DNA of 64,000 bases from Tubulanus polymorphus (taxonomy: Eukaryota; Animalia; Nemertea), in NCBI RefSeq assembly GCF_964204645.1, contig NC_134027.1:24018560-24082559 (forward strand), written 5' to 3'. Positions 48,703 to 61,900 of the stretch are shown here, piece after piece. The translations under genes and the position numbers were made by a program. The first letter of the stretch is position 1; each line of letters begins with the position of its first letter. Below the pieces are notes generated by a model. That model had not been told where the DNA came from. It saw nothing but the letters and a program-made list of their open reading frames with translations, and did not search any database.

Positions 48703-51391
48703 ATGAGTTTTACGAACACGGAAACCACGACGACGGCCGGCGCCAGTAAAGCGGCGGTCCCCGCTTTTAAGAAGTTCGTATCCGAAGATGAGATCGTCGA
48801 GAAACGCCGACAGCGTCAAGAGGAATGGGAAAAAGTACGAAACGCCGATGACCCGGTCGGTAAGTTATTTCCGCTCTGCGTTTAATTTCTGGGTTACAAT
48901 TTTCAAGGACAGTCCCTGAAAATGCCTAACTAACCCTGGACTGGGTTTCATAGATATGGAAGAAATATAGTCCCTGGGAACATTTTGAAATTTGCCAGTA
49001 ATAACCATGGTTTCTCATTGTTACTATGATGGTTATCAACCAGATTGAGGATTTATCCCTAGGGATAATTTTGATACTCAGTCTATGAAACCGGACCCTG
49101 GTGTTTTTCTTATGCTATAGAAAATTTGTTGCTGTCCCTAAAACATTATCCATTGTCCCTCTAAGAAATGTTCCATTTCTTAATTTTTCCTTTGTGTCCC
49201 TGATGTGGTAACTGATAGGTTTGCAGGTCTGCCAGGGTGTCAGATTTCGATAAGAGTGATTGCACGCACTGCCAGTTTAAATTCATCAATTAGGCTTCCT
49301 ATAATCACCAGGGCTCGTATCAGAGTAGTAGGTAATGTCTGTAGTATATATAAAATAATATATCATATATACTATATATATTGGAATAACAGATTATCGT
49401 TTTTACATTACCTACAACTCTGATGCGAGCCCCTGTGCCTATCATAGCCCGCCGGAAAATTCAATGATTGCATTTCGGTGTTCGTTTGTTTTTCAGAGGC
49501 GCCTGAAGAGGAATATGATCCGCGGTCGTTGTACGAGCGATTACAAGCTCAAAAAGACGCGAAACAAGAAGAACACGACGAAAAATACAAATTAAGTACG
49601 ATCCTATTTTCACATATCGCACACATGATCGGTAATTGAACTGAAAAAACGATGCATTCTGAACAAAATGATTGCTTTATTCATGAGTTTTAGTGATACC
49701 GCGGGAGCCAGAATTTCGTCACTCGTGTCTACATCCAGTCTAAGCTCATTTTATTACCCGACTTAACGCCGTATCAACTGATTCACTAGCAGAAAGCACG
49801 TTTTCTGCTAAACGTTTTGAAGAATTTATGAAAGTAAAAGGATCATTAATTCGTTTCACTGGCTGCTAAAACCAGTCTTAGCTAGTTCTGGTTTATAGCC
49901 AATCTAGTAACTTAAGAGCCCAATCTAAGCTCATTTTGGTTCTATAGTCGATCTTACAACCAGCACTTAAAATCCAGTCTAAGCTCATTTTGGCTCTATA
50001 ACGAATCTAACAACTTGAGACCAATATTACAATTCAAGACCACTTGTCTTCTGGATGTAAAGTCATGAGTGTGCAACTGAGCCCCGGTATCAACTAATGC
50101 GACACTCTCGGCCCTGATGTTCAAAATATCGAACTCTGGGTTTCACTTTTCTTTTTGTTTTCGTAGAAAATCAAGTGAAGGGTTTAGAGTCGGATGAAGT
50201 GGAATTTTTAGACTTCGTATCTCAACGACAACTCGAGTTAGAAAACCAGAGATTTACAGAAGATGAGGCCATTCTGAGCGAATTTAGAATATCCTTTTAG
50301 CTTATCAAATAATCAGAGTTAATTTTCCAAAGTTGTGTGGGTTAAATTTGACTCTGGATTCAGTTCCACAGTTGTGTGGGTTTAATTTGACCCTGGATAC
50401 AGTTTCACAGTTGTGTGGGTTTAATTTGACTCTGGATCTAGTTCCACAAGTTTTAAAACATTATTACTTTCTAACTGCAGAATCCTGAAATGTTTCTTAT
50501 GTAAGTTTCCTTAATAAAATATTTACAACACAGTTTCATCGACATCAGCAGCGACGACCAGTGCTGCGGATAAAAAGTCTTCCCTCTCCAAGGCACCGGC
50601 CGCATCTTCATCAGGAAAAACTTCTCAGAAATCTTTACTTGCCGGAATTGTCAAACGAAAAAGGTATAAAATGGCGAAAATAATGTCAAAGTTAGTTATA
50701 ACGCCGCCACCCTTTTTAATTCCACACCTCTCTGACTGCCAACATTTTTCAGTGAAAAAGTTTTTTGCTTGATGCAACTCAAATTCAATGATAATACAAT
50801 TACTTTATTACGCCAAATTAATGTAATTAAGTTGAAATTATGAAAATAGTCCCACAAGCACGAAGCCTTTAAAAGTAATGGAAAATTCAGATCTTTGAAA
50901 ATAAAGATAGATTTAACCTTTCAATTTATCAAACTTTTCGGTTTTGCCTTTGTGATCGTGGTGAGACTTGTATTATACTCTTCGCTCGCGACTGAAGTTT
51001 TACCTCGTCAAGATGAAATTGTGAATATTTTCTTCTATTTTTTTTTTTTTAATGCAGTACAAATAGCGACGAACTAGCGCCGAGCGATAAGAATAAGAAA
51101 TCGAAAACGACAGACGAAATTGTAGATAAATCGGAAATCGAACCTAGCGAAAAACAGTTGATGGCTACGGCAGCAGCGGCAGCGGCTGGGCGTAAAGCGA
51201 TCGCGATATTACCGGGTATCGGCGAGTACACGGACAGTAGCGCCGAAAATACGGACGATTCGTCGTCGGAATCGGACGGCGAATTGGGCGGTTTGGGACT
51301 GATGTCGGATCACAACGGCGCCGTGGTCATACACGCCGAGAACGGGCAGAAAATTGTCGTCAACGGAAACCACGTGTCCGTACAACAATAA
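48703..51391 (+). CDS. PSME3IP1: PSME3-interacting protein (FAM192A/NIP30)
   Basis: Exons 48703-48859, 49497-49595, 50167-50288, 50527-50663 and 51058-51391. Motifs [46 protein letters not shown] and [12 protein letters not shown]. Confidence 0.92.
50289..50526 (+). other. U12-type (minor spliceosome) AT-AC intron
   Basis: 5' splice site ATATCCTTT, branch site TTCCTTAAT at about 50507-50515, and 3' AC at 50525-50526; splicing keeps the conserved reading frame. Confidence 0.88.
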
Positions 51392-51917
51392 TAGATCGTT
51401 ACTGGACCGTATGAATATTCATTTATGTAAATTTTTGTTTGTTTATAAGAAAAGGAATTAAATTTGATTAATTATTGATCGAGAACTGATTTTGTTATAA
51501 CTCGAGGGCTACTTAGAATTATGGTAGCGATGAAGGGACGCTTCTTCCCGTGTACACTAGTCGAAATTGACAATTCGGCACCTGTGTGAACAGTTGTTCC
51601 GCGCCAGAAATGCTCGTGTGATCGCGGCTTATATTACGCATATCATAAGTCGGTAATGAAAGGGCTAGTCATACGGAACCACTCATCGGAATGGTTGTTC
51701 TAGTGATTTCTGAATTCATCACTTACAAACCATTAGGATCGTGCTCTTAGCGATGAATAATAGCTTTTATATGAGAAGAATCAATAGTTTTTAAAGGTAA
51801 AACAAATCGGCTGTTCATGTGCGTGGATTCATTCCACTTTACACTGATATGTTCCAATATTCACGAGGAGAAAGTCATACTGTCTGTCACAGTCGAACAC
51901 TGTGAATCGTCATCACG

Positions 51918-52865
51918 ATGAATGCTACTCACGAGGAGTTCGGTCGACCTCATAGCAGTTACATAGTCGTCATGTCTGTCGCGCACAAATCTGGAATCTA
52001 CCGTATTGTCTTATCGGTCGTGCTGATAATCGCGTTCTTGTTAGGAGCGTTCGGAAATTCGGCTACGTTCCTGATAATGACAAGTCGTAGATTCCGCGGT
52101 TTATCTTACGCTAACTATCTGATCGTTTTATCGATCAGTGATTTTCTGGCTGTCATCAACTGCGCGCTGATGCCCGTCTTACAGTTCGTTCTCTTGCATG
52201 TTGACGCCGGTCCGATACTGACGGTGAATTCTCTGATCGGTTGTCAAATATACGAATCAGTGATGAACGCTATGGGCGCTTTCAGTTCGTGGTTGATAGT
52301 AGCCATATCTCTAGAACGTGCGGCAGTTGTGCTCTTCCCGTTCACATCTCGTTTCATATGTACACCTAGATTCGCTAGATGTGTCATTATTGTCATCTTC
52401 ACAATAAACGTACTGGCGACAGGAATTCGCCCAGCAACGATTATGCAGTTTTCTCACAAATTGACCACGGGCTGCTATTACGAACTTGACGACCAATTCA
52501 TACTTTTTATCGTATTTGTTGTCTTTGCTTTTATAATACCTTTAACGCTGATAATAACATCGAATGCTGTCATAATAATTCAGTTATTCAGAGGTTCAAA
52601 AATGGTCACGTCCGATCGGAAAACTACAAAATCAAAACGTACAACGATAATGCTTGTAACAGTTTCACTAGCATTCGCGATATTCACACTTCCAACCACT
52701 GTTACTTCGTTTCTACCGATCTCGACGGAACGTAGAGATTTTCTTTTTGACGCATTCACTCATTTTCTATTGTGTAACTATTCGATAAATTTCTACATAT
52801 ACCTTTTATTGGGACGAGAAATTCGTGAATATTTCTGTACTAAGATTTCCTGCATAACTCGCTAA
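51918..52865 (+). CDS. Intronless class A GPCR (orphan, peptide-receptor-like)
   Basis: 315 aa with GAFGN, LSISD, WLIVAISLERA, FTLP and NYSINFYIY motifs. Confidence 0.9.
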   Translation: MNATHEEFGRPHSSYIVVMSVAHKSGIYRIVLSVVLIIAFLLGAFGNSATFLIMTSRRFRGLSYANYLIVLSISDFLAVINCALMPVLQFVLLHVDAGPILTVNSLIGCQIYESVMNAMGAFSSWLIVAISLERAAVVLFPFTSRFICTPRFARCVIIVIFTINVLATGIRPATIMQFSHKLTTGCYYELDDQFILFIVFVVFAFIIPLTLIITSNAVIIIQLFRGSKMVTSDRKTTKSKRTTIMLVTVSLAFAIFTLPTTVTSFLPISTERRDFLFDAFTHFLLCNYSINFYIYLLLGREIREYFCTKISCITR

Positions 52866-52971
52866 ATTCACGTTCTGCTGACAATCAATCGCTCAAACTT
52901 TAAGTTCCAGATCGCATATCGTAAAACCTATCTATTGGCATCTTGCCTGCTGTGCTATCATCTTGTAGCAA

Positions 52972-53097
52972 GTGTAGACCTTCACACTGTCCGGAGCTAC
53001 GGTGTGGGCTAGTGGAGACCAGTACACTGTCCGATGCTGCAGTGCGGGCTAGTGGAAACCAGTAAACTACCCGGAGCTGCAGTGTGGGCTAGTGGGA
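52972..53097. repeat. About 41-bp tandem repeat, 3 units
   Basis: acactgtccggagctgcagtgtgggctagtgga repeated between the convergent GPCR and NAGPA-like genes. Confidence 0.75.
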
Positions 53098-53267
53098 ATT
53101 TGTGTGGTCGTAAGCGGAAAAATCAACTCATCATAATGGATTTCCCAAAAGAACTGACAACAAGACACATTTTAGAATAAAACAATGATGATATCATTTC
53201 CCCTTGAAAGCTTTTTTTATAACTATGACTTACACATTTATCGAAAATAAACAAAAGAAATATTTCG

Positions 53268-56200
53268 TCAGGTCAGTCTTCTTATACAGATAGCCGTTGA
53301 CACGTTTCGAGGGCAGACGAATCCGTGCGGTTTCCTGAGCAAAAAGAAGACAAGAAATGATGTATTTAAATGTAGATAAGAAAAATGATTAAACCGGACT
53401 TGAAGAAGCATTTGTTTTAAAATTGCATTCATTCCAAGCGCTTTCTATTGATACGAGGCAAATGCCAGTTTTTTTTAACTGTTTTCCGGAGAAGAACACA
53501 ATTACAGTCGCTTACGTCACGTACCCTTGACAGGGATCGGTTAGTCTATTGATAATGGCGTCGTTCACTAGTACTGTCGACGAGCCACCTCCGTCTATAT
53601 TCACCGCGTTCACGGCACCGAATCTGACCATCAAATCCGCCATCTCGTAAACATTTAATCTACAATCATTATCAGAAATACGGTTTTGTAACGAGTTGTT
53701 CAATTGAGCCAAGTGTTTTAGTTCGACAGTGCGATCAGTTCTTTTACGTTGTTGCTAAAACTTGTTGTTTCTACAAACAAGGATCCAACAATGGTATAAG
53801 GAGGATGTGTCCCCTTTCTATGCTTCGTGTCTGAAGAAAATGATAATAATACCTGATGTACATCCTACAATGATTCGGTATCAAAAAAGGATATTATTCA
53901 TTCTAATTTTCTCTTTCATTTGATCCTTTACCGGTTGTGAGTTTGTTTTTGCTTTAACGTCGCTCGGACCATGCTTTCCCGAGATTAATTCTACTGGATT
54001 GTTGATTAAGCCTTTCTACGGGACGACCCATGGAATGGTGTCGGCACACTGTAAGAGCCACCAAGACCCGAACCTGCTTGTCACTTACCACTGGAGGTGA
54101 ATGCAGCATCGGTCCTTCCCGCTGCGAGACTGGGGCAAGTAGAGTTAAAATGGGTCAATTTTCAAGGTTTTAACTCTTAAGAGTCAGATTTAGTTTTGAA
54201 CTGTGGAATTAGATCCTGAATTTTCTAACGGAGTCGCTGAAAATGCCACTTTACGGACTACTGGGGGAATTCAAACATCATTTCACTGTTATTTTTCCCG
54301 TCTTACCCGTGTTTGAATGATCTGCCGTCAGCGTGCACGATCATCACCCGACCGTCGCGATCGTGACCGATAGCGTTTCGTGCCGATGACGTCATCGTGA
54401 AGTCCCACCAATTTTCTAGCAACGAGAAACATGGAAACTAACATGAAAGTTTACTGACGCCTTGAAAAATAGCATTAAATAGAAATTAAAAAATTCAATT
54501 AATCACGAAATAAACGCCAATTTTGACGATGATATTTCGATAATTGTGATTTTTAAACGCCAATCGATGACGTAGTACGCATCAACTCACATGATGCAAA
54601 GTAGTTATCAAAATATTATCACATATTTTTTACTACGTCAAAAATATACATCATATGATATGTTATATGTTATGTTATATGTTACTTATATGTTCTAATT
54701 CATATTGACCATAGGTTCATTATATGTACCATTTCTAATGGCGGATCTATACTTTTAAATTGAAGACAGCCTCACAATTAGAAGAAAAACGCAAATGACG
54801 TATCAACTGAAGTGGCTTGTGTCTTCAATAAGCCTTTAACAGTTAAACTGTAAAAGGCTTATTGAGTAGAACATACACAGTTTATTGTCAATGAAAACCA
54901 ACGCTTTTTAAAGGTTTTGCCAACACGAAATGAAATTCTCGAATTCGCCCAGTAATTCTAATGTTATATAATCAACACTATTGCGGGAACAATAGGACCA
55001 ATGCGCTACCAAGCCGACCAAACCCGTTTCTATGAGCGTGTATATAAAAAACGTCCTGAACCGGTTCCAGAATTTTAAGTTTATTTTTGAACATTTGAAT
55101 ATATGAAACCAGACCGACAATAGGGCCATTCGAAAATTAACAGTAATTCATGTTTATCAATCTGACGTTTTGGGAAGAGTGCTTCAACACCTATCTTCAG
55201 AGACTTATTTGAAATCCAAATTTCGTCTTGACCCACCCCGTTTGAACTGGTTGCAGTTTCTCACGGAACAGTTGAGCATTTGATAAAAGTTCCAGGACTT
55301 AGGTATTCAAATTTGAACATACACACGTACTTGCTTGTGATGATTTGTAGGTCTCGATTTTCATACTTTCGTCGACGAACGGGACTCCGTTTCTGACCAA
55401 CCAAATCACACCTCCGATAAGATTCTGAAATTGTGGCAGTTGACGCGAATCATTCAGATACCTGTTCGATACAAAAATAACATGTTATATCTGTGAAAAA
55501 ACGAAAACACGTATCTCGAAAATTGATGATCTCGGTAAACCCGTATTGACATTATTTCTATTATTGAACAGTAAATTTGATGAAAAATGGATTCGAACCC
55601 GGAGAATATTTTGTTGTCTTTCGTCAAACCGAAATGCGCGTTGGTCACGTGGGTGTTGTCGGTTACTATTCGGCCGTCCGATATCACGTTTCCTTATTGT
55701 GAAAAAAATGACAACAAAGCGAAAAATGTAATTTCAACTTCTGTCAACGAAAAGACACGGAAATATTGTTCTTACGGGTCCCATAGATTACATCAACAAA
55801 CTGCACGGCCGCGACCATCTTCTGGTGAAATTGAATAGTTCTGATGAAGGCGACCCCTTTACTGACTGGAATGGACTGTATAACTTCTCTCATGAAGTTA
55901 CAGCAATGAACGACCTCTATTGTAACTAAGAAAATGGACATGCAGAAATCCAGAAAGGCTAGTCCTATACATGGTCCATGCTAAAGAATACGAAAGGCAT
56001 GGGTGTTCCATAGCGAAGTGAATGCCGAAGCATCAGTGACCTCTGTATACTCCAGATTGCAAATAACTCTTCCGATAGCTAAAGTAAAAGCGACCCTTGT
56101 TACTAATTAACAGGCATATTGTCATATAGACTATTGGTAAACTCCCAAGAGCACCTGAACTAACCGACTATGAGACACTTGGTGAACGCCCCTCGTCTGT

Positions 56201-56823
56201 GACGAGAGGGAGGACTACTCTGAAGCGGAACGCGGATGTACTATCACATACCTTGTTACTGGCTACTCACAGTTACAGCGGACCTACAGACACGGTAGAA
56301 AGAATTTCCAGGATTTACGATATGAAATATGAATAAATTTACCGAGACAGGAATGGTCGACCAGGTCAAAAAAGCCAGCATTGATCGCCGCCGCGCATCC
56401 TTTCGTAGTGATGGGTGTCGTCTGCACAGCTTTCTGTCGGCATCCTCCCGCTCCTCCAGGCTCCACTACAGATACAGCCCTCAACGGATCGCTGACCACG
56501 ATCACGTGACCGGTGACGATCTTCGAATTGTAGTACGGTCCGAAAGCGACGCGAAAATAGTTCGTTTCGACCGGCGGCGGTAAGTCGGCTGCTGCAGTAG
56601 CGGTAACGTGCGCCTCGAACAGCTCGAAATCGTTGGTCATCGGAGTTATCGGAAATGTTTCTATTCTCCTGTCGAAACAAGCCGATGATTCGTTCCTGGT
56701 ATTTCCTAATCGATCGCAAACGGAGACCGCGAAGACAATTCCAGCAGCGCACGTAGTTAGAAAAACCGATAAAACGATCATGATTTGAAGAGCACAATTA
56801 TCGGAGATAGTTTTCGAGAACAT
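53268..56823 (-). CDS. NAGPA: N-acetylglucosamine-1-phosphodiester alpha-N-acetylglucosaminidase (uncovering enzyme)-like, lacking the EGF/TM tail
   Basis: Exons 56823-56343, 55692-55599, 55461-55331, 54415-54307, 53659-53525 and 53334-53268. Motifs DPLRAVSVVEPGGAGGC, NAGFF, CLGNVISDG, GVIWLVRNG, SARNAIGHD, NIDGGGSST and CPRNVST. Probably a paralogue rather than the orthologue. Confidence 0.85.
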
Positions 56824-58930
56824 TTTCAGGCTATGGTAATACCGGGAGAGTGAAAGTATGTCAATTGTATATACAAATTAATGACTGCATATAGTCCTAT
56901 ATGTTTTGTTTGAAAAAAAATAACAAGCGCATTAAGAACACTCGTCTGGAATCCCGCGACACTGACAAAGGCCCGCCTCGGCGCTAAAAATCATCGACAA
57001 GTCCGAGCGCACTTCGAATGCGTGAACTACTCATTTATAATCGAATAGTTAGTTGACACGGTCGACAGTGAGCCAAGCGGCGGCCTTTCTCGGTGTTGAT
57101 ATATCTATACTTATTATTCTTTGTCACAAAGGTTGTAACAACTGAAGGCCGACCCCGCGCTCAGGATATACATACATAGACTAGACAATTAAGTATAACG
57201 CAAAGAATGTTAGATCTCAAATCTAATTCGAGCGAAACTATCGACGTGTTACGTTTTCTTAGGAATAATGTATAAAGTTCCATTGCGACAGTCACAAACA
57301 AATAATTTTGTCCCATTACTTTTTCGCAGTTGTTTCTGCATGATATAAGGTTAGACACATAATTACGTTGCCTGATTGAAATAGACTCATTCACGAGTAG
57401 GTGATGTAATTTGAACTGGATATCGATTTTAAGAGCTGTTTTTTTTTTATTTCTATGCATTTGTAAACATTGATCTGATGTCCCTGGAGGGTCAGTATAA
57501 TATAGCTGATGCGGGTTAGAGGATGAACAGGTGTATCCCAGGTTCGAACCCGACCGCAAGTGGCCTTGATGCTGAACAACAAATCAAGGGCTTCCCAGGT
57601 TCGAACCCGGTATATTGGTAGTTATTCTGGACGGCGGCTGGTGTGTCGATGGTCCAAGCGAGCGCTGCGCTCAGCGCGGGGCATAGTTTTGAAAAGATGA
57701 AAGCGTCGCCCGCTCTCATGATGTCATCCATCCACTAGATTCGGGACGGGACGTCGGGGCATTAAATGTGCCACTCGTTCAATTCGATAAGCAAAAAGAA
57801 AAGAAATCAAAAACTCTTTCCATTAGGTATTACCAATAAGAGGATCGACGTGTATAGGGTTATCAGTTCGCTGGGAATCCACCAGAGGGTGCTTTAGTTT
57901 AAAGGCGTCGGGAAAGTAACAAAACCTCCCGAAATGAAATGAAAAAAATAACAGTGCTTAGAATTGCCGATATCTAATAATGAATTCTCCTAGAAATACA
58001 AACTAGGTTCTATCGAAAATCATTCACTGCTAGCGCTCCCTTTGAGTTGTAGTTGATTCAAACGACTGGAAGACATCAAGAGAGTATGTTGATACCGTTA
58101 AAGCTGCCAGGTTCGACTAGTTCGCCATCTAGTGGAAATTAGATTATGAGGCCGCTGACAACGGCCGACGTGTGTCCGTATTACGTAGTCAGCTATTCGC
58201 TGACCTAGACAAATAACGAGATAATACGGAAACCTAGGTCCCAGGTTTGAATCCAGAACTAGTATTGCGGTCCTGTTTACGCCGATTAGAAGATAGATGG
58301 GGGGCGTCGTATGTTCAATCCTATTCCGGATCTCTTAAAATCGAACCTGTTTCCTGATCATTCTGCATCCTCGGTGGATAAATATTTATGAACGGGAACT
58401 ATTTTCACTCCGTACTGAACTGAACTAATAGACGCATATTTTTTTAAACAAAAATGTATGTATTCATTCCAAATCAACAATATTACACGATTAATAATCA
58501 TCATAAAATGCTTTAATTTTCGATTTTCTAATTTGTGAATGACAGAATGAGGGGTAGATCCTGCATGGAGTTCAGTGGAAAAGGATAGCCTCGGCTTCCA
58601 AAAGCAAGACTATATCAATATACATACGAAATTATGTAATTTCGGAGTAGATGAGCGTCTAAAATTGATTGACAATTACTGTCGTTAGTAAAAGGTAACA
58701 TCAACGGGAAGGCAGGGGTCCGGACCCGTGCGGACAGTGAACCGGACAGTCACGGACTGTGGTCGGACCGCGTCGAAAGCCAAACACAACTGTGAAGCTG
58801 TTATAAGTGGCTCGGATCTAACCCTTCTAATGACTGGTGATTATTTCATTGTGACTAGTGATTTTGACTAGTAGTAATTTTGACTAGTGATTTTGACCTA
58901 TTAATTTTGATTAGTTAATTGAAAGAGGAG

Positions 58931-61900
58931 TTAAATCAAAGTGGCTTTCTGTTGCACGTATTTGAGTAGATGGTCGTATCCCCATTCGTCGTACCAGCGG
59001 CAGCTTCCGGTCTTATACTCGTCGCAGCTAACCTTGGGCGTTCCTTGTTCGCGTACCGGAACGTCGGGATCGGGAGGACGTCGGCCCAACGAATAGAAGC
59101 TCTTGTAATAATACCTGAAGAAAATTTTGAAAGATTAAATCGAATTTCGAAAGGGTCGTTTTCGTATATTCGCTTTCGTGAGCATTGATGTGTCCAGAAT
59201 TCATCGAAATCGGCTAAAAAATAATGATTTAAAAAAAAATGTCTCGAAATTCTTTCATCTTCATATCTGCGAAAAATTATCTCTAGCATCAGATTTTCAT
59301 TCCATTTGTGACTAAAACATCTATAATAACTTTCATGAATTTGTCACTTTTAACTTTGCCTGACCAACATTTATCATCGCGTGCCAACAATACTGTTCTC
59401 ACTAAGTCGCCATCACACGAGCGTTACGCGCTCTCTAATTAGACACGGGCAGAATTTGACTCAAGCCTGATCCGTGCTGATTTGGAACAAGATGCCGGCC
59501 GAGCTCAAGTAATTGTCAGCCGGTATGGAAGTGCGCACTTCTATGCAGCCGGTTAGCTAGCATCCATAATCATCGACCTTCGAGAGGTGATTTACAAACT
59601 GTATTCAGTATCGACCCATCGTCCTTTAGAGAGAGTCCGGCACGATTTAACTAACCATGGACTTAAAACTAGATACAGCTGTTTTATTGAGTCTATAAAA
59701 TTGAATAACACTCCACACTACGGACAATCATCCCAACAATTGCTCGTAGCTCCAACTGAGACCACAGTCCCGAGTTGAATTAAACTATTGACCAGGTGCC
59801 CTGTGGATTAAAACTTTCAGCTGTCGATTCCATTTAAATCCAGTTCTTCAGTAGAATTAAACTGGACAGGTGCCGAGTACAACTTAATTTTACACTCAGT
59901 GACAGTTACAATATTCACGAACTAACACACAGAGGAAATAACAATAGAATTTCTGCAACTCTAAATAGATGGGATACCAAGGCGATTACAAGCGGTTTGA
60001 AATGAAAGGGAACAGGGAAAAACAAAACAAAAATTTCATTATAACATGTCGGGACTGCAGCTGAAACTGATAAAAAGAGTGGAAATCATTTGAATTCAAT
60101 CAATAAAGAATTGAAGAAAAATAACTTTTTGCAAATTATTTGATCTAAAAATAGGACGAAAATATCAAGAGACAAGTTTTTTCGATGAAAACGGAACGGA
60201 GGACTATTTGAGAAAATATCTATACGATTTTTGATGAAATTCAAACGGTGGAATCGAGCTCCGAGCAATTGAATAAACGCCCCTTACCATCGCTGTAAGA
60301 TGTATTTCTTTCCGTTCGTTACTGACGCCGAGAAGTGTTCCGATTCCTCCTCGCACCGACCGTCGGCGTTCATATTCGTCCACATTAGCATACGACCTTT
60401 CTTCGGACGAACCCAGATTCCGAGTTCTACAGAGAAAGAAATTAAGAATCAAAAACCAGAGACGGATTGAGCCCCTCCCCCCCCCTCCAACGACTCCAGT
60501 CCATCACATTGCATGGTAGTTCAGTTTTAGAATCATTGTTGATGCTAATAAAATAAAATAATCAACTCTTATCAAGTTTTCGTGCAGGAGGGCCCCAAAC
60601 CCCATTGATAGGCTTCGCGCCTTCAGTGTACACTAATATGCAATAACCCCCCCGCACTCCTATTTCTAAATTCCTGGATCCGCTTATGATTTCTTCCAAG
60701 TCGGTTCTTGGCAGCGGCATTTCATTTGCTTACTAGGAAACTTAGTTTCTCCGCCCTCGGCGACATCGTCTAGGTAAACGAGAACAGTGGCGTAACGATC
60801 TCTCTTCTCGTCCGAATTCAAATTACAATCAGTGTGGTTTTTGTAGCCTGCGAAAAAACGGAATGTTTAAATAGAAAAAAAACATCAACTAGAAATCGAC
60901 GACACAATTTCATAAATCGAGGTCAACTTTATTTGACGCATGAAATAGACGCAGTTTGATGAAGAGGTCAGGTTGTTGACACTGATGAAAATCTGGCACT
61001 CTGGTGTAAAATATCAGGATTTTTCAAATTTTTTCAGCATAATTTTGCCATATTTTTTCACATTTTTTCCACGTCGAGGTTCGTACGATCATAAGTAACT
61101 TATCCCATTACATTTAACGCATTTTGTGCATAAATTCTAATCCCCGCGGTGTATACCATAAAGAGGAAATCAAAATACACTGTATGTTGGTAGACATTCT
61201 TAAATTTTTCACATATTATCGTGACTTTTTCATATTTTCAAATTTGTCTATTTTGTTTATGGAGGCGTCACCCATCATCCAGAATTGTTCGCATTTCTAA
61301 AATCAACCCACCGCCGCATTTTATTCTGATTAATACCTATTCCTTTTGAGTATGATGTAATCTGGAATTTGCCTCCGTTCGCCGGTCGAAGGCCCGTCGT
61401 CCGTTCCACTCGGTTCTCGAATATCTTCGTGAAGCGACTTTCTCCCGGGTAAAACGCCGTGCTGTAACTCCAGTTGGCGTGAATCCACGATTTGAATTGA
61501 GTGGACATCGTTTTGTTCAAACAAGTCGTACCTTCAAGAGAAGTGGACAGTTTTGTATAAAATGTAATTACATTTTTGCAGATAACGAAGAACTTTTCAG
61601 GTATCCATCCCATGGACCTCATGATCTCTAATGGATGATTGCAAATTCAAAGCATTCTATTTATTTGAAGCTAGTTAAAAGTTCAAGTTGGTTCTATAAC
61701 CGATCTTCGCAAATTGTGACCTCTAACGGTTCTATAACCAATCTAAGAAATTAAGACCAGTCTAAGCTCATTTTGGTTCTATAACCAATCTGAAAAGTTA
61801 AGACCAGTCTAAGCTCTTTTTGGTTCTATGGCCATCTCTAACAACTTAAGACCAGTCTAAACTCAGGTTTCTATAGAAAATTAATTTAAGATCAGTCTAA

